Assembly (NCBI GenBank): GCA_018398765.1 | Contig: JAHBMJ010000309.1 | Span: 1 to 50,631, forward strand | Direction of reading: 5' to 3' | DNA from: Chromera velia | Taxonomy: Eukaryota | DNA length: 50,631 nt | Part shown: positions 46,381 through 50,631 of the stretch, one piece after another | How the letters are laid out: each line of letters begins with the position of its first letter | How positions within the stretch are numbered: position 1 is the stretch's first letter | Program-made: the position numbers and the translations under genes | Notes under the pieces: generated by a model | Database searches by the model: none | What the model saw: only the letters and a program-made list of their open reading frames with translations | What the model was told of the DNA's origin: nothing

Positions 46381-47598
46381 CAGAGAAGAGATTAAGAAGG
46401 ACTAAAGTTCTATTAAAGCCCCCACAGAAGGCCCGATCATGTAAACTAAATCAGGTCGCCAGTACTCACCACACCTCATTGATCTATACCGTACTTGGAT
46501 ATACAGGTCCATCAGACGAGCACCCCAGTATCAGATCGTCAAAATCTCAGGTCGACTCTCGCACCAAAGAAAGAGCCCCTCCGTCGAGTGATCTGTGGGC
46601 AGGTTACCTTGCAAGCGAATGTATCAAAGTGTATCGATCGCACTAAGTCCTTCAAAGTGTGTTCTTTCTTGGCATCCATTGGCATCCTCTGCATGGCAGC
46701 AGCACACAATGGCATTGATTGGCATTGCATGCATCATTGGCCGTCTACGCGCATCAAACAAACCCTGCATGTGCGCCGAAATATCCATCCATTTCATTTC
46801 CCGTGAAATTTGTCTCCGCGCGCGCATCAGCGCTCTTTCGGGCCATGCCGGGGCTCAGTGCCATGCAGCGCCTCCACAACGGTCGGACCCGGGGTCCAAA
46901 ACAGTGTTGAAGTCTGGTGGTCATCACAAGTTTCGCATGCAGCGGCATACTTATGCATACTTAATGATTTTTACAGTTTTTTTTTACAGACACATTGTAA
47001 ACTTTGCATTATATGTAATTGTATGCATGTCGTTGGTGTTAGTTCCAGATTGGAGTAAATTTAAGTTTATAAACCAGAGTAAACTAGAGTCTAATTTCTA
47101 CTGTCTAAAGCTTTGACGGTCTCTTTTAATTTGACTATCACCCAAGTACGTATTTAATTTTTTTTAAAAAAATTAAGCTTATGTCGACCTGCTCACTGGC
47201 AATGCTAGACGCTACTAGATGCCTATGTATACGCCAATGGCGATGCCATATGATGATAATAATGAAACTATACCAAAATCAGGTTTTAATTAATTTGATC
47301 AAAACATATCAAAACCATTCAAATTTGATAGATTACAAATTATTACTTAAACCTACTTACTGGAGTAATACGAGAAAATAAACCCAAAAATCAACAAGAG
47401 TTGATAAACGAATACCGCTGAGCTAGTAAATAAATCTGAGTCACACACCAGACTAAGTGTGAAAACAAAAAGCAGGGAGGGAGGAATGAAGAAAGAAATA
47501 GAAAGAAAGAAAGCAAGAAAAGGACGAAGACCTTTAAGGAAGGCAAGAAAGAGAAGGCTAGAGCAAATAAGCTACAAAAAGAAGTAAACACTATAATA

Positions 47599-48411
47599 TT
47601 AAGGGTCTCCCCAGTCGTCGGCTTCCTCCCTTTGTGCAAGGGGCTGTGACTGTTTCTGCCAAAGGCCATCACTTTCTCGCTTTCCGGGACCACGACCGTC
47701 ACGATGACCGCTCCCTGGACTACCTCTCTGACTGCCCCTCTGACTACCAGCTGCCCTCTGAGAGACACCAGGAGGGGCCCCGGTACTGGCAGCTGGAGAG
47801 GGCCCCGGCATGGTAGGCAAAAGAGAGTGAGAGGTTTGGTCCTGTGAAGCCCTTCTTCCACGTGCTCGCGCAGCTGCTTCCCTTCCAGGCCCATCTCTCT
47901 CCCTCGCGCTCTTGGCTGTCTGGTTGAATTGCGAAGATACATGAGCTTCTCTCGGTGCGTGTCTGGTTGTTTGACTAAAGTGGACAGACTGATGGATCTC
48001 GCCGCAGGAGGATCTCCTTCTGTGGCGTCCTGCTTCCTGAGGAGGAAATGAAGCATCACCCCCCCGTGAGGCCTTCCACACCTCTTCCTCTTCTTCGTCC
48101 TTTTCTGCGTCCTTTTCTTTTCTTCGCTGTCCCAGTCTCTCCGAAGGAGCTGTTGCCTGTACCTGCAAAGATTGCAACAGAATGCGTTTAGGGGGTAGTT
48201 GATCTGAGAGCGAGTCGGAAGGACGTCTGTCGATAGAAAGGCAATCAGACAAACCGAAGGACTGACAGACAGACCGACTGCATCCTTCTGTTTTACGAAA
48301 GGACACAGAGAGCACAACACAAGAACAAAAGAAAGGAAAGAAGTAAGGGAGGGGCAAAATGTATCGCACCTCCTCTCGTTCAATAACAAATGCATGAACA
48401 CAGAGGGCTAT

Positions 48412-48448
<37 letters not shown>

Positions 48449-50526
48449 AACACACACGGGGGTGCACACAGACTGACACTCACTCCTGGAGGAAGTCGCT
48501 TTGCGTCTCTCAGAGACTGTGTGCCATTGTCTCGGTCTTCTTCTGCTTCCGGCCAGTCTTCTTGCCCTTCCCTGTCAGGAAGTCGTTTGCTCGCCCTCTT
48601 CTCTGCAATCCTTCCTGCCCTGTCCCTGTCCCTGTCCCTTTCCCTTTGCCTCTCCTGCTCCCTCTCTTTCTCTCTGGCCTTCTCCCTCTCCCGCTCCCGA
48701 TCCGTGCCCGCGCCTCCGTCCGTTTCCCTCTCTCTCTCACTCCCCCTGGTCCTTCCCCTCTCCCGCCTTTTCTCCCTTTCTCTGTTCCTCTCCCCTTCCC
48801 TTCCCGGAGACCCCAATGGGACTTCCGTCTGTGCCCCTGTCTCCTCTTCCCCCTCTGGAATGGCCATGGGGGGACTGACAGATACCCCCTTGCCTTCTTC
48901 TTCTTCTTGCCCTGCAGCACTTGACCGTCGTCTTCCCCTTCTTCCTTTCCCTCTCCTGTCCATCCCAGGAGGACCGTCACAAGCTTCCTCCTCCTGCCCT
49001 GGCCAGACAGGGCCTCCCGCAGTGTCCACTTCTGCACCTGCAGAGCGGGGGTGGACGTTTGGAGGGGCTCGGCGGGAATCAGCAGGACTCGTCTCTGATG
49101 CCCAGGGAAGTGACGCAGCTGTGCCATCAGGTGTCTCGAGAGGGTAAGTGGATCTGTCCTCTTCAAGGTCTTTGTCTCTTTTCTCTTTTTCATGATCCCG
49201 CTTTCGACTCTTTTTCCTCGTCCTGCGCTCCCTTTTTTCATCTCCTGCAAAAGTGAAAGCAGTCTCCTCGGCATCTGTTCGGACTGTCCCTTCTTCCCAT
49301 CCCTCTCTTTTGCCCCTTTCAGGATTTTCTTCATCTGTCTCTCTTCTCGACTGTCTCCGAGAAGACAGGTTCAACAGATCAGGGAGGTCATCGGACACTT
49401 CTGTCTGCTGCGGGTTGCTCGGGTCTGCTGCAGGAATCTCCTCCTCACTATCACCAGAAAGAACAGAAGACGCAACGCTATGCCTTCTCGGTCTTCCCCC
49501 CGCAGCACCGGAGGGAACCTTCAAGAGACCCGGCCCCCCTGAAGTGGCACGGACCAGGAGGCCGGGGTCCCGTGACGCTGCCCGGGCCAGGTGTGCAATG
49601 GTAGATTCTCTAGTCTCTTTCTCGACCGCGTCCCAGCAGTCATCCTCATGCACTGCTGCAGACACAGCAGCCACACCCTGGGCACCCTCGTCTGACGAGG
49701 CAAAACTGTCTTGCCGCTCCTTCCCCCCATCGTTCTCGTCTTCACGTCCCCTTCCAAAAGAAGGAAGCGGAGGAGGATCTTCTGTTTTCTTCAACTGCTC
49801 AGATGCAACACCAGGGAGAAGCGGGCCGGAAAAACTCCGTGCGAGCGTCCACCCCCCCTCTGCGTGCCCGTCTCCTCTCACAGTCCCCTCTAATTCAAAC
49901 ACCCGATGGCGCAACCTCCCAATTTCCTTCATCAACCCCTCTGTCCTCTCTCTATTCTTCCATATTTGCGGAAGAAGATTCGCAGGAATACCTGTGTGCC
50001 CATGGGTTTCCCCTTTCTCTTCTCTCCTTGCTTCCCAGGGGTCCGCATCCCCCTCGCCATCATGGAATTCTCCAGAGGCATGACTGGATAGACCCATCCT
50101 GCAGAGAGAGAGAGAAACAAAGAGCCTGGTGTACATGTAGGAGGCACAAAGGACAGCATCTCTTCTTCTTTTCACGATTCATGGACGTGGTACTGCGAAT
50201 GCACTCCCCAAATTATTCGCAGTCTTCTTCATTTTGATTGTTGTGGAGAAGAATGGTACAAATGGATATCAATGGCGACAATGTGAAGCTTCGTGTTGGT
50301 GAAAAACTGGCAAAAGCCGTGACTGATGGGAAATTTGATTGAGGCGAAGAGCGGCGTGCGTCTGTCATGTTCATCAATTGAGGTTCGCTGACATGAATGC
50401 CTTGTGCCTGTTGAAGTACTTCTCATAGAAGTCAACCTTCTCCTGCAGAGATTCCATCTTGGTCTGCATCCGCTTCAACTGGGTCTCGAGAACTGCGTCC
50501 TTGTACTTGCGGAACAATTCGTACGT
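47599..50526 (-). CDS. 3' part of an unknown protein (coiled coil followed by a long charged low-complexity region); the 5' end lies beyond the window
   Basis: Exons 50393-50526, 48484-50098, 47599-48162. Phases match (AT|G rebuilds ATG at the first junction, phase 0 at the second). TYELFRKYKDAVLETQLKRMQTKMESLQEKVDFYEKYF looks coiled-coil. No recognisable domain. Confidence 0.65.
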
Positions 50527-50631
50527 CTGCCAGCACACAAGCACGCACACGGACAGACAGACAGACAGACAGAGAGACACACAGACACATATACATACAC
50601 ACAGAGAGAGAGAGGGCGGGGGGGGGGGGGG

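Noticed and set aside
48394..50083. Long + strand ORFs antisense to the last gene (and similar antisense ORFs over RAD18 and PGAP1)
   Set aside because: Shadow ORFs of GC-rich, low-complexity coding sequence, with no independent splice signals or domains.

Overview
Eukaryotic, intron-rich, microsatellite-rich nuclear DNA. GTCAGT/GTGAGT donors, (CA)n/(GA)n/(CAGA)n introns, TGCATG runs and a KEA3-like gene with a bipartite leader suggest an alga with a complex plastid, probably a chromerid such as Chromera velia (inference only). From left to right: a 35-bp palindromic-core minisatellite (~1.96-2.83 kb); an 8-exon RAD18-like RING/SAP E3 ligase (+, 4019-8744); two diverged, intronless, pseudogenised genes that each encode two PD-(D/E)XK nuclease domains (+, ~10167-11660 and 11796-13154); a 17-exon secreted calcium-binding-EGF repeat gene (-, ~15877-24326) in which every intron is phase 0 at the same homologous position; an 81-bp triple repeat in a divergent promoter; a PGAP1/Bst1-like GPI inositol-deacylase (+, 25262-32284); an EF-hand Na+/Ca2+ exchanger-like (NCL/EFCAX) gene (+, 33351-36386); a KEA3-like K+/H+ antiporter (-, 37959-46380); and the 3' part of an unknown coiled-coil/low-complexity gene (-, 47599 to beyond 50526). 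The most notable items are the tandem double-nuclease pseudogenes, whose stops fit C-to-T-type changes, and the interchangeable exon-cassette architecture of the EGF gene. All gene models were built by hand from splice signals and frame continuity; no database searches were run.
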